Numbered from the stretch's first letter, positions 23,588 through 34,598 are shown. The stretch is DNA of 64,000 bases from a virus (IMGVR_UViG_3300001525_000584:32001-96000), one strand, 5' to 3'. Program-made: numbers and translations. The notes: generated by a model not told the origin, from the letters alone.

Positions 23588-26380
23588 TTGGACGAATTAA
23601 ATTTATTAACGTCAAATTTGGATTTATCAGTCCTGGATAATTTGTCCCCAGAACAACGTGAATTAGCTTTATCTATTTTGCAAGAATATGCACAAACAGG
23701 TGATTCAAAAGCTTATTCTGAGTTGGTCATGGAGGATTATGCAGAAGCACCTGTAGACATTTTAACATTCGTAGATGATTATAATTATTTAGGAAACGCC
23801 TGGCACGATGCAGAAGGCAACTCTAATTTATATCCATACTGGAGAAAAGAATTATTAAAGATTTTCCCAGATAATTTGACTACTACTGTTAATAATGGCA
23901 TTTTTAGTGGCTCACGCGGACGTGGAAAAGAGCAACCTTTAAGCTCCTTAGTTTTAACAGAACATGGTTATATAACTATGGGCGATGTTGAAGTAGGGAC
24001 AAAAGTTTATGGACATGATGGTCAACTTCATCCGGTAACGGCTATATATCCTCAGGGCGTTAAAGATATTTATAAAATAACCTTTTCTGATAATACCAGT
24101 GCGCGGTGCGGCCTGCAACATTTATGGCAGGTAGAAAAAGATGGAAAAAGTTCCGTAGTAGATATAAAACAGTTATTAGAGTATTCTAAAAAAGAATCTT
24201 TAAAGAATTATTTTATACCCCTTTGTCAGCCCATAAATTTCGATGTTGATGGAAATGTAGATGAAGCATATCAAAAAGGTAGAGATTTTGTTTCAGGTAC
24301 AACTGATATAGCGACAGAAGATTTATATTCTAATATATCTATAAGAACAGCCTTGCTGCAAGGCATTTTAGATGAAGCCGGAGATGTTGTTGAAAAGTTT
24401 ATAAAAATATCTGACACAAATGCAGCATTAAAAAAAGTTGTCTCCTGGCTGGTACATTCTTTGGGTGGCATCATAGTAACTGAGGATGCTTCTTTAAAAA
24501 TCTTTTTGCCTGAAAATATAACGCCCTTTAGATTATCTAGAAAATTATCCTTATATAATAGTACTACGCATGTACAGCCATGCAGATATATAACTTCTAT
24601 AGAAAAGTTACCTTATAAAGAGGCATGCCAGTGTATTATGGTTGATAGCGAAGAGCATTTATATATAACAGATAATTTTATAGTAACGCATAATACAGAA
24701 GTAGCAACCTTAATAGCAGCTTATCTGTTGCATAGAATACTTTGTTTAAAAGATCCGATCGCATATTATCATTTAAAGCCTACAGAAAAAATAGTATTCG
24801 CTTTTATGAATATTAAGCTGGCTTTGGCTGAAGAAATTGGTATAACAAAGTTTCAAAATACTTTGCAATCTAGTCCCTGGTTCATGTCCCATGGCGAATT
24901 AGAAGGTCGTACTAGAAAAATATGGGTACCCCAAAAATATAATAATCAAATAGCTATAGACATTAAAATAGGTTCTCAGGCTGATGACCTCATAGGCCTG
25001 CCCATCTTTTTTTGCTTCTTCGACGAGATATCCTTCATCAAGAATCAGGATGTAGAAAAACAAAAGAAAAAAGCGTACGATATGTTAAATACTGCAGTAG
25101 GTGGTATGAAAACACGTTTCGTACATAAAGGTAAAAATCCTACATTCTTAGTTTTAGCCTCTTCAAAAAGATCAGACAAATCCTTCTTAGAGGAACATAT
25201 GAGGAAAAAATTAAAGTCTGAAAAGGCTAATGTTTATATATCTGATGGGCCCGTTTGGGAAGTAAAACCTAAAGGCACCTATTCTGATGAAACATTTAGA
25301 GTTGCTGTGGGTAATAAATTTTTACCGTCTTTAGTTATCCCAGATGATGATGAATCACAACCTTATATAGATAAGGGCTATAAAATCATCTATCCGCCCA
25401 TAGATTTTAGAGCAGAATTTTTAGATGATATAGATCGTGCTTTGTGTGATTATGCCGGCATATCTAGTTCCAGTATTAGTAAATATATAAATGCTGCCCG
25501 AGTAAAAAGTTTGATCACAACACGTATTAAAAATCCTTTTGTGCGCGAGGTCATAGAAGTAGGCGACGGCGAAGATGATGATGTACAGTATTATAACTTT
25601 TTTGATTTGTCTCGCGTAGATCCGGCTTTAAGATCGAAGCCTTTATTCATACACATGGATATGTCTTATACAGGAGACAAAACCGGTATCAGCGGTGTTT
25701 ACATAGCAGGTAAAAAAGCTTCTATTGATGAAGCATCTCAGGCGTCCGATTTATTTTATTCAGCGGCTTTTTCAGTCAGCGTTCAGGCACCTAAAGGCCG
25801 ACATATCAGTTTCGCAAAAAACAGAAACTTTATTTACTGGTTAAAAGAACAAGGCTTTAATATAAAAGGTATAACTACAGATACTTATCAGTCTTATGAT
25901 ACCGGCGAACAACTTAGAATGAAGGGTTATCCTTATCATGTATTATCTGTGGACCGGGTTGATACTTCTAAAATATGCTTACCTTATCAGTATTTTAAAT
26001 CTACTATTTATGAAAAGCGTTTAGAGCTTTTTGAGGATGATTTATTATTCAGAGAGATAACAGAACTCGACCGCAACATGGAAACAGGCAAGGTAGATCA
26101 CCCCGAAGGTGGCAGTAAAGATGCCTGTGATGCATTATGTGGCGCTATTTATAATGCCTCTTCTCATGCAGAAGAATACGCATATGACTATGGAGAATCT
26201 TCAGAACAGCTCTTGCGGCTAAATGCCAGTTACGATATGGATGCCACATATTCATTTAAAGAAGGTTTTGAAGAAGAATTAAAAATGATGGGTCGATCCA
26301 GAATGGGATTATTAGCCCCTCCGGATCTCGGAAGCATAGCAAAAACAGAACCCGAATATTTTGATATACCTATACTATAA
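23588..26380 (+). CDS. terL: Terminase large subunit (intein-containing)
   Basis: Walker A GSRGRGK|T split by the intein; Walker B FFDE; RNase H-like 'IHMD' and 'VDHP..GSKDACDA'; directly upstream of the portal gene. Confidence 0.9.
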   Translation: MDELNLLTSNLDLSVLDNLSPEQRELALSILQEYAQTGDSKAYSELVMEDYAEAPVDILTFVDDYNYLGNAWHDAEGNSNLYPYWRKELLKIFPDNLTTTVNNGIFSGSRGRGKEQPLSSLVLTEHGYITMGDVEVGTKVYGHDGQLHPVTAIYPQGVKDIYKITFSDNTSARCGLQHLWQVEKDGKSSVVDIKQLLEYSKKESLKNYFIPLCQPINFDVDGNVDEAYQKGRDFVSGTTDIATEDLYSNISIRTALLQGILDEAGDVVEKFIKISDTNAALKKVVSWLVHSLGGIIVTEDASLKIFLPENITPFRLSRKLSLYNSTTHVQPCRYITSIEKLPYKEACQCIMVDSEEHLYITDNFIVTHNTEVATLIAAYLLHRILCLKDPIAYYHLKPTEKIVFAFMNIKLALAEEIGITKFQNTLQSSPWFMSHGELEGRTRKIWVPQKYNNQIAIDIKIGSQADDLIGLPIFFCFFDEISFIKNQDVEKQKKKAYDMLNTAVGGMKTRFVHKGKNPTFLVLASSKRSDKSFLEEHMRKKLKSEKANVYISDGPVWEVKPKGTYSDETFRVAVGNKFLPSLVIPDDDESQPYIDKGYKIIYPPIDFRAEFLDDIDRALCDYAGISSSSISKYINAARVKSLITTRIKNPFVREVIEVGDGEDDDVQYYNFFDLSRVDPALRSKPLFIHMDMSYTGDKTGISGVYIAGKKASIDEASQASDLFYSAAFSVSVQAPKGRHISFAKNRNFIYWLKEQGFNIKGITTDTYQSYDTGEQLRMKGYPYHVLSVDRVDTSKICLPYQYFKSTIYEKRLELFEDDLLFREITELDRNMETGKVDHPEGGSKDACDALCGAIYNASSHAEEYAYDYGESSEQLLRLNASYDMDATYSFKEGFEEELKMMGRSRMGLLAPPDLGSIAKTEPEYFDIPIL
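23930..24694 (+). mobile_element. Class 3 intein (255 aa) with degenerate LAGLIDADG remnant
   Basis: Begins EQPLSSLVLT and ends VTHN before Thr; block B HLW; block F CQCI; 'LLQGILDEAG' remnant. Confidence 0.85.
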
Positions 26381-26404
26381 AATGTAAAGGAGATTTAAAA
26401 TAGA

Positions 26405-28276
26405 ATGGCCAACGAATATACCGGCTTAACTATTAATGTGAAACCTAATACACCTCCTGAAATAGGTGCGGATACACAAAACACCTTAATGGATGATATT
26501 ATAGGAGCAGCGCAAGTAGGTAACTTTGATGCATCTGCTCTAAATGCCCTAGGCCAGTGGGCACAAAATCGAGAACAAACATATCAGTTAATAGATTCTA
26601 TGGCGCAGGACGGAAGAATTTCTGCAGTTTTAGAGTGTATAGCAGGAGATACTGTTCAACCAAATGATAATGGAAAAATAGTTTGGGCAGAAGCAGAAAA
26701 TGGTAGAATCTCCGAATATGTAAACTGGCTACTAGACACACTTAATGTAGATAAGCATATTTATAAATGGGCATACTGTTTAGGCACTTACGGAGATGTT
26801 TATTTAAGACTATTTAGACAGTCCGATGTTTCAGATGATTTACTATTTAAAAACGATAATATTAAAAATAGAAAATTAAATGAATCCAAAGAACCTGTAA
26901 ATGAAGATGTAGTTTTAAAGGCTTATTCAGCTTCTGATAAATATATCCCATATGTAAAAATGGTGGATAATCCCGGCGAGATGTTTGATTTACAGAAGTT
27001 TGGAAAAACACATGGTTATATAAAGGCTTCGCCTAGTGTTATGAATTATTCTACTGACGAGTTATATGCTTATTTAACACGATATAAAATGAAGCAGAGT
27101 GAAGTAGAAGTTTATGATGCTTTATCTTTTGTACATGGTTGTTTAGAGAGCACAAATCAGAGACAGCCTGAAACAGTAGATATTTTCTTAGATAAATATG
27201 GTGATGAAGAAAATGCTGATTCTTTAACTTCTTCTTATGAAGTCAAAAGAGGGCAGTCCATGCTGTATGATGCTTTTAGAAATTGGCGCGAGCTAAGTCT
27301 CTTGGAGATGTCTGCGTTATTAAATAGATTAACACGTTCTGCGGTAGTTAGAATTTTAAATATAGATGTAGGCGACATGCCTAAAAATCAAATAGAAAAT
27401 TATCTTCGCAGGCTGAAGGAAAAAATAGAGCAAAAAGCTGCCGTGAATACAGGTGATCCAGGCAGCATGAATGAATACAACATAAACGGCCCTATAGAAA
27501 ATACCATTTATGTTCCCACACATGAAGGTAAAGGCGCCATTAATGCTTCTACTATAGGTGGCGACTTCGATCCTAAATCTTTAGTGGACTTAGAGTACTT
27601 TAAGAATAAACTGTACGGTTCTTTAAGAGTTCCTAAGCAGTACTTTAATGAAACCGATGACAGCACGGGGTTTAACGGAGGTAGCTCTTTAACTATTATC
27701 TCTGCACAGTACGGCAAAAGTATTAGAAAAAATCAAAATGTTCTTTGTCAAATGATTGCAGATTTAGTAAATCTCTTCTTAATCGATAGAGGCCTGGATA
27801 ATTATGTAAACAAATTTACTATTAGAATGCAGGCTCCTATAACGCAAGAAGTTTTAGATCGAAGAGCTGATAATGATAATCGCCTGAATTATATTAATAA
27901 CATCATGACTCAGATGGACATTATAGAGGATCCTGTTGTAAAATTAAAAGTGTATAGAACTTTAATAGCTCAGGTTATTAATGATCCCAGTATCGTAAAT
28001 ATTCTTCAGGATTATATAGATGATTTGGAAAAGAAGCAGGAGGCTAAAGAGGCTGGTGCGCCTGCTGCAGAAGAAGGAGCTTCTGAAGAACCTGCTATGG
28101 ATTTGTCTATGTCCTCCGAAGAAACTTTACCGAGTTTAGGAGAAACTGAAGAGCCGGCACAGGAGTCTTTTGAAGATGATGCAGATAAAGAAATTATTAA
28201 TGAGGCGAATGAAGATGACGAAGAAAAGTTACCATCTCCTGAAGAATTAAATATGAACTTTTTAGATGAGGCATGA
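26405..28276 (+). CDS. Portal protein (T4 gp20-like)
   Basis: 'RLTRS..RILNIDVGDMP...YL' and 'DLEYFKNKLYGSLRVPK' gp20 motifs. Confidence 0.9.
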   Translation: MANEYTGLTINVKPNTPPEIGADTQNTLMDDIIGAAQVGNFDASALNALGQWAQNREQTYQLIDSMAQDGRISAVLECIAGDTVQPNDNGKIVWAEAENGRISEYVNWLLDTLNVDKHIYKWAYCLGTYGDVYLRLFRQSDVSDDLLFKNDNIKNRKLNESKEPVNEDVVLKAYSASDKYIPYVKMVDNPGEMFDLQKFGKTHGYIKASPSVMNYSTDELYAYLTRYKMKQSEVEVYDALSFVHGCLESTNQRQPETVDIFLDKYGDEENADSLTSSYEVKRGQSMLYDAFRNWRELSLLEMSALLNRLTRSAVVRILNIDVGDMPKNQIENYLRRLKEKIEQKAAVNTGDPGSMNEYNINGPIENTIYVPTHEGKGAINASTIGGDFDPKSLVDLEYFKNKLYGSLRVPKQYFNETDDSTGFNGGSSLTIISAQYGKSIRKNQNVLCQMIADLVNLFLIDRGLDNYVNKFTIRMQAPITQEVLDRRADNDNRLNYINNIMTQMDIIEDPVVKLKVYRTLIAQVINDPSIVNILQDYIDDLEKKQEAKEAGAPAAEEGASEEPAMDLSMSSEETLPSLGETEEPAQESFEDDADKEIINEANEDDEEKLPSPEELNMNFLDEA

Positions 28277-28302
28277 GAAGTATTTAACGAAAGGAAAATT
28301 AA

Positions 28303-28755
28303 ATGCTGACAAAAGAAGATTTACTTTTACTTTTAGATGAGATCGAACAAAGAGGAGTAGACATAAAAAATTATCCTTATAAATTAATGATGGGTGATCG
28401 AATACCTTCGGAGATTTTAAAATTTGTAAATGATAATAGACCTTTAGAGATAAATAACTTTTATGAGATGCTCCGCAAAAATCATAATAAAAAGAAAACA
28501 CCTCTATACAAGAACTTAGTAAAAGGTGAATTTGATTCTAATAAAGAAGCTTTAATCACTTTAGCTTCTTTACATCTTCAAATTTTACTATATGCAAAAA
28601 AATTAGAAGATGAAACTTTATTTTTAAAGCATAGTAGAGCAGAAGAGATCACCCAGGTTTTAAATAATTATTATAGAACTTATGATTTAATACCCTGTTT
28701 AAAGTTATTGAAGCTAATCCGGAACGATATGAAGTGTTTTGAACTTCTGCGCTAA
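28303..28755 (+). CDS. Hypothetical protein
   Basis: 150 aa helical ORF with AAGGA RBS after the portal gene. Confidence 0.55.
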   Translation: MLTKEDLLLLLDEIEQRGVDIKNYPYKLMMGDRIPSEILKFVNDNRPLEINNFYEMLRKNHNKKKTPLYKNLVKGEFDSNKEALITLASLHLQILLYAKKLEDETLFLKHSRAEEITQVLNNYYRTYDLIPCLKLLKLIRNDMKCFELLR

Positions 28756-28801
28756 ATTAGACATTAAAAAGCAAAAATATAGTTGAGGAGATTTTTTACT
28801 C

Positions 28802-29515
28802 ATGATGAATATACAAGAGGCAGCTTTTAAAGAACTGAATAAAAAAGTTACCAAAAGAGATAAAGTTTTAGCAAAAAAACTAAACGAGGATATGAAAAAG
28901 CCTGAAAAAAGAAGCAGATGCGCCGAAGAAGAAGTCATTGAAGAAGCAAAAGAAACAGGACGCTTTGCTATTCAACATAAGAATGGTCGTTGGGTTTCTC
29001 GGGACTATGTAGTAGGCAGTGCTGATCGCAGAGCAAAATTTGAGAACGAAAAAGATGCAGAAGCTTTTATCTCTGATAATGGAAAAGATAAAGACTGGCA
29101 GGCATATTATTCTATAGTAGAGCTCGATGAAGAGCTGGACGAAGCAGCAGAGAGCAAAGGCCTGGTACGAGCTTTTGGTGGGCAGTATATCGATTTATAC
29201 GATGAAGTATATGATGCATTATCTCCGGATCTGGCTGGCATGAATCAAAAAGCAAAAGACCGCAAAGTATTAGTTAAGGCATTTACAAAGTATGGTGCAC
29301 CCTATACTGCGGATGAGGTATTTGCCATGGTCAGAGTTCCTAATCGTCCCGATTATGAAGGCATTAAAATTATCTCAGGCGATTTAGCCCGTGCAAAAGC
29401 TGTTGCAGATGCTTTTGGTCTTGAGTATGAGGTAAATGAGCGTCATCCTGAAGAGGCATATATTTACATCCCCGGCAATGCTAAGGCCATTAAAGCATTC
29501 GTAAATGAGCCCTAA
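28802..29515 (+). CDS. Putative internal head protein
   Basis: GCTAAATT motif upstream; N-terminal IQEAAF, plus LNE/IEE/LDE candidate protease sites. Confidence 0.45.
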   Translation: MMNIQEAAFKELNKKVTKRDKVLAKKLNEDMKKPEKRSRCAEEEVIEEAKETGRFAIQHKNGRWVSRDYVVGSADRRAKFENEKDAEAFISDNGKDKDWQAYYSIVELDEELDEAAESKGLVRAFGGQYIDLYDEVYDALSPDLAGMNQKAKDRKVLVKAFTKYGAPYTADEVFAMVRVPNRPDYEGIKIISGDLARAKAVADAFGLEYEVNERHPEEAYIYIPGNAKAIKAFVNEP

Positions 29516-29534
29516 TTAAAAATTTAAATATATT

Positions 29535-29562
29535 AAAGCCTTCTGTAAAAAGAAGGCTTTTT
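29535..29562 (+). terminator. Rho-independent terminator
   Basis: aaagccttct / agaaggcttt plus T run. Confidence 0.75.
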
Positions 29563-29640
29563 GTTTGCTTTATGCGCGGGATAAAATTCTTTGCTAAATT
29601 AGTCAAATTAGAACGAAATTCAGTAAAGGAGAATGTAACT

Positions 29641-30936
29641 TTGCAAAAACGTTATAAGACCCTTCTGGAGGCGGTGCAACATCCCGGCGTAGAAGGATTA
29701 GAATCAAATAACTCCTATGATTTATATAAAATAAACACTTATGAAGGCGCTCAGCAATTTACTGTAAATGGTCGCCCGGCTGGTGCGGCTTATACACAAA
29801 ATGAAGGCCTGTTTAATAGAAACATAGTTGAAGGAAACTATAATTTATATTTTTTGACTGCGCACGATAATGCTAACGTTATGTATGGTATCTTAGAAAA
29901 TACTTCACATAATAATGAATTATCTATGGAGAATGCGGATAATGTTGCGGTTAGATTCGAAAATGTGCCTCGAGAAGTGCTGCTCTTTTTAAATAGCCAT
30001 TTTCCGCAGATCCCTGTAAATCAGGAGGCCATACAGGCCGCACAGACCGCAGAGGTCGAAGTTCCGACAGAAACAGAAACCCCTGAAGAAAATGATGAGA
30101 TCCCCACAGAATTTAATGCAGTGCCTGAAGATCAGATGGACATAGATAATGACGAACGCGAGCTCCAAGAGTTTTTAGATAATCTGATACATACACCCGC
30201 AGAACTGCAGACGATATTAGATACCGTGGATGCATCGCGTTTCAGAGCTTTACTTCGCATGCATCAGGTGAATATACCTGCAGAACGCGGCACAGGCATA
30301 CAGCACTTTAATCCCCTATATGATTACGATATGGATCAACCTCAAACTATTCGTCAGGCCTGGGCTTTTTATGATGGTACATTAGATTATTTAAATTTTG
30401 TAGATGGACATTATGACGAAATTCTTGATATGGTGCCGCAGGCGCAGAATGACGAAGTAACTGTACTCGCGGAGCCGGTAGATCCCACAGTAACTTCAAT
30501 AAATACACCCCGAGAAAGCCCTACTACAACACGAGCTGAGGCTCCACGTAGAAAAATACGGTTGGCTAATGGTACTATAGGTTATGGAGATGGAACCATA
30601 CTAAAAGATTCATCCAGAGATGATCAGTGGACTACAGCAAAAATCAGATATAAAAAAGTTAAAAATCATATTAAGATAACTAGCGTCAGAAGTGGTGCAG
30701 GTACTTTGGAGATCCCTGATACTATAGAAGGTCTGCCCGTAACGGAGTTAGAACAGTACAGTTTTTATGATTTAGCTTATAGAAGAATTATTTTGCCAGA
30801 TAGTATTAAAAAAGTTATGCCCTACACTTTTGTGGACTGTTCAGATCGTTTAACTATAAGCATAGGTCACAGTACAGAAGTTTATAAAAAATCTATTGTG
30901 CCTGCAGACCCTAACGCTTTTACACGTAGATCTTAA
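29641..30936 (+). CDS. Protein with C-terminal BspA-type LRR; putative head protein
   Basis: 'LEIPDTIEGLPVTEL..YSF...IILPDSIKKV..YTF'; likely TTG start at 29641 behind AAGGAG. Confidence 0.6.
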   Translation: MQKRYKTLLEAVQHPGVEGLESNNSYDLYKINTYEGAQQFTVNGRPAGAAYTQNEGLFNRNIVEGNYNLYFLTAHDNANVMYGILENTSHNNELSMENADNVAVRFENVPREVLLFLNSHFPQIPVNQEAIQAAQTAEVEVPTETETPEENDEIPTEFNAVPEDQMDIDNDERELQEFLDNLIHTPAELQTILDTVDASRFRALLRMHQVNIPAERGTGIQHFNPLYDYDMDQPQTIRQAWAFYDGTLDYLNFVDGHYDEILDMVPQAQNDEVTVLAEPVDPTVTSINTPRESPTTTRAEAPRRKIRLANGTIGYGDGTILKDSSRDDQWTTAKIRYKKVKNHIKITSVRSGAGTLEIPDTIEGLPVTELEQYSFYDLAYRRIILPDSIKKVMPYTFVDCSDRLTISIGHSTEVYKKSIVPADPNAFTRRS

Positions 30937-30958
30937 TGAAGGAGTGCTTAGTAAAAAT

Positions 30959-33900
30959 ATGAAGTTGAGATTAAGAGAAGCAAAATCTATAGAAGCTGAA
31001 TATCAGGCAAACTGGACCTCCATCCCCAGAGATGTTTTTGATACTATTATATCTTTAGATCCAAAAACAGATGTAACTAAAAATAATATAGGAGATACTG
31101 CAAAAAGGTTACTTTTACCTAAATATGCTGCCGGAGAAACAGCTTTTGTAGAGAATCCTGAGCTAACAGAATTAATAAATACTTATGTAAATAATAGAGG
31201 AAACTATAATATTAAAAATGTTGCTCAGTTTCCTTCTGTTGAAGTATTTATGAATTATGTAAAAGACCCTGAAAATACTCCTGTAGAAACCCAAGAGATC
31301 GTAAAAGAATCTAAAATAGATAAAATTTATAAACAGTACTATTCAGATATCCCCAGAGATATGTTCGACAGATTTATAGTTTTAGATCCCTTTACTAATA
31401 TAGAAAAAGAATCTATAGGAGAATATGCAAAGCAACTTTTACTGCCTTTACTCAGAAAATCCTTAAAAGGTGATACAGAGGCTTTAGGAGATTATAAATA
31501 TAAGCAAATCACAGACACCATTAACCAGTTTGAAAAAAGTAAAAAGGCATTAAATGTAGATGCTCAGGTTTTATCTAGTTACAATACTTTTGCAGAATTT
31601 TATGATATGGCTTATGGTGGTACTCCTTCTGAGTTTTTGACATATCTAAAAAATCATGAAGTCATGCAAAATGGCGATTTACGTTATATAGGCTCTACAG
31701 TACTTTATGATGTATTTGAGGCCGTGACTATGTATGGAGATGCCGTGGTATCGGGTGCCGAGAAAATCTTTGGTGGCCCAGGACTTAGAACACGAGGCTC
31801 AGATGTAAATGGCTCTATACACTATAGCGAGAACGCTTACGGGCACTGGTGCACTTCTGAATCTTTATACTGGTTTAATAAACCTTTATATAAAGGCGAA
31901 GACGGCAAAAATAAATATTATGTATTCATTTATAAACCAAATCCTAAGGCAGACGACCGAGCACACAATTATCAGTTAGCCATAGCGCCTTCAGGCGAAG
32001 TTGTCAGCAATGCTACGGGAGAAGAGCAATTTGGCGAAAACAGAAAATATGCTGAGCAGCTATTTGGCGAAGATCCTGAAGTCCTAAGAGTTCTGGGTAA
32101 AGAAAAAGACTGGGCCGGCAACATCGACGAAGTAGTTATGTATAATAACTCAAACTTCGCCGACTATGAGATTAACAGCCCGGAGGATATAGAAAAGTTA
32201 GTAAACCTAAAGAATAGTGCTTTGATTAAAAAGATGATACAAAAGTTAACTATAGGCCCTGAGGTAAAAAGAATCCCTGTATTAGCTTTTGCAAACTGTT
32301 CTTCTTTAACCGAAGTAAACTTTTCAGAAGGTTTAGAAGTTATAGGCGCACAGGCATTTAAAAACTGTTTAAATCTATTAACAGTAAAGTTCCCCAGTAG
32401 TTTGACCTATATAGGAGGTCAGGCCTTTATGAACTGTGCAGCTTTATCAGGCATAGTCAGAATACCTAATTCTGTAACAACTATAGGATTAAATGCCTTT
32501 AAAAATACCCGGGCAACTTTATATATTAGAAAAGATCGTCCTGCAAAATCTCTAAAAATAGATCCTATGGATCGCCAGTGGTTTATGGATTCTGTACAAA
32601 TCACTAATGAATCTTTAGAGGAAGATATTAATGAATTAGATGAAGATTTGCCTCGGGACTTAGCTAGAGCATATAGAGATTCTCAAACACGCGGTAACTC
32701 TGCCTTAGGCCATGATACGAGGCATGGAGAAACTATGACTGCTCGAAGGGGCTCCGAAATAGATTTTTACAACTCTGATTATGAAGAAGTAGATGCCAGA
32801 ACAGCTGTTCAAAGAGTTCGGGAAAATCCTTCTTCTGTAGATCATATCCGCGCAATTTTTGGTAAGCAATTTTTAGAATTAGATCTACGCAATAATAATA
32901 AAGTATATCCTGTGGTCATGCCTACCAGCGATAATGGGCTTTTTAATAAACGTATGCTCGATTTAGGTGCCTCAGCTAGTAACATAGCAGACTGGGTACG
33001 ACACAAAGTACAGTCTTATAAGGGCTTAGAAACAGTATTAGGTGCAGCAGATAAAATTTATTGGACTAATGAATATGATCATATGATAACGCTGGACTCT
33101 GAGGCTGCGAGAAAAAGAGCTCAGAATAATGATCGTCAAAGAGACCTTAAGATGCCCCCTGACTGGGACACATTAAGTACGGAGCAAAAAAGTAAATGGT
33201 TAAGAGATAATAATTATTCACCCTTAGTAAAAAGAGTACGCGATAGCGGAAATCATTCAGGAACAGGTACTCCTTTAGATAATGTAAAAACATTTACTTC
33301 ACATAATTACAGTGATTATATAGGCTCGGAGCTGCAGCAGCACCCAGAGGTGCTTCGCAGGAGAAGGGCTCAAGATCGCTATAAATATTTACAAAAGACT
33401 CTTAAGAAGTTAATAGCTAATAGATCAGACTATGATGAAGATGAATTTGAACTTTTAAAAGATTCTCTAGAGCAAAAAGTAAAAAGCGCTTATGAAAAGT
33501 TTATAGCAGTTAATACAGAAGCACAGCGCATTGCAGCACACGCAGTCACAGAATATAATGAATGGGCATTCAACATTAGTCAACGCATTAAAGATCATTT
33601 AGTCGCTATGCGCGAAGTTTATGAAAAAGCTGCACAGATGGATGAAAAGCTTCGTAAATTAAAAAATGAATTAGCAAAAGAAGAGACCAAAACCGTTCAG
33701 GATTCAGAAGCTCGTAAGGCATATGAGCAACAACTTGCTGATAAGAGATCGCGATTAGAAGACTGTCAGGCATCTATAGAAAGCGTCCAGGAAAATATAA
33801 ATGATCTCGAAGAGCGTATGCGGGAACTGCAGGCGGAAATTGATGCGCAGAGGCACGCATTAGATTTACGTCAGGCACGTAAAACAGTTTTAACGCAACA

Positions 33901-34444
33901 ACTTCAGGACATGCAAAATGAGGCAGATGCGATTGCAGAAGACGGCGTTAAAGAAAATGCAGATAAAGTTAATGCTATAGAAGCACAAATCTTAGAAATT
34001 CAAAACTGGTTTAATACTACTAAAGGTTCTGGTAAACGCTTTGCAGTCAAAAAGCATAAAGAAGAAAATCCCGACGTTGCTAATCTTTTTGCTGACGAAG
34101 AAGAAGCAAATGAAGAATCTGAAGATCGTCTAGATCTCAACCCAGAGCAAATAGTCTTTGTTAAAAAGATTTGTAAAAAGTTACAAGATCTTGTAGAAGA
34201 AGGCAAAGGAGATGATATAATACCTTTTGTCGAAAATTTGGCAGACGCTAGTCGTGTAGAGATACCTACAAATAGAGATACAGGCGTTCTAACAGCTAAT
34301 CCATTTTGGAACGAAATAGACGATGTTGAGATCGATATAGAGGCTGCTCGCAAACAGTACGAGAATGTAAATGAGTGGTTAAAATTCATTTGGGATCATA
34401 GGCAGGAGATCTATAAAGAAATTGCTGCAGTACAACAAAATTAA
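30959..34444 (+). CDS. Large multidomain putative head protein (duplicated N-domain, HWCT motif, BspA LRR, coiled coil)
   Basis: IPRD.FD....LDP.T...IG..AK.LLLP occurs twice; AFxNCxxL LRRs; long heptad region; start probably ATG 30959. Confidence 0.6.
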   Translation: MKLRLREAKSIEAEYQANWTSIPRDVFDTIISLDPKTDVTKNNIGDTAKRLLLPKYAAGETAFVENPELTELINTYVNNRGNYNIKNVAQFPSVEVFMNYVKDPENTPVETQEIVKESKIDKIYKQYYSDIPRDMFDRFIVLDPFTNIEKESIGEYAKQLLLPLLRKSLKGDTEALGDYKYKQITDTINQFEKSKKALNVDAQVLSSYNTFAEFYDMAYGGTPSEFLTYLKNHEVMQNGDLRYIGSTVLYDVFEAVTMYGDAVVSGAEKIFGGPGLRTRGSDVNGSIHYSENAYGHWCTSESLYWFNKPLYKGEDGKNKYYVFIYKPNPKADDRAHNYQLAIAPSGEVVSNATGEEQFGENRKYAEQLFGEDPEVLRVLGKEKDWAGNIDEVVMYNNSNFADYEINSPEDIEKLVNLKNSALIKKMIQKLTIGPEVKRIPVLAFANCSSLTEVNFSEGLEVIGAQAFKNCLNLLTVKFPSSLTYIGGQAFMNCAALSGIVRIPNSVTTIGLNAFKNTRATLYIRKDRPAKSLKIDPMDRQWFMDSVQITNESLEEDINELDEDLPRDLARAYRDSQTRGNSALGHDTRHGETMTARRGSEIDFYNSDYEEVDARTAVQRVRENPSSVDHIRAIFGKQFLELDLRNNNKVYPVVMPTSDNGLFNKRMLDLGASASNIADWVRHKVQSYKGLETVLGAADKIYWTNEYDHMITLDSEAARKRAQNNDRQRDLKMPPDWDTLSTEQKSKWLRDNNYSPLVKRVRDSGNHSGTGTPLDNVKTFTSHNYSDYIGSELQQHPEVLRRRRAQDRYKYLQKTLKKLIANRSDYDEDEFELLKDSLEQKVKSAYEKFIAVNTEAQRIAAHAVTEYNEWAFNISQRIKDHLVAMREVYEKAAQMDEKLRKLKNELAKEETKTVQDSEARKAYEQQLADKRSRLEDCQASIESVQENINDLEERMRELQAEIDAQRHALDLRQARKTVLTQQLQDMQNEADAIAEDGVKENADKVNAIEAQILEIQNWFNTTKGSGKRFAVKKHKEENPDVANLFADEEEANEESEDRLDLNPEQIVFVKKICKKLQDLVEEGKGDDIIPFVENLADASRVEIPTNRDTGVLTANPFWNEIDDVEIDIEAARKQYENVNEWLKFIWDHRQEIYKEIAAVQQN

Positions 34445-34598
34445 ATAAAATAGTAAAGACCATCTAAAAATAAGCACAGGACTGTTTCTAAATTTTAGTA
34501 AAAGTTAAACCTTTTATTAGACTGTCCTGTGCTAAATTTATTATGTAAAGGGAAAACAGTGAAACAAAGTTTCTATGCGTTAAAGGAGCATACAGACC

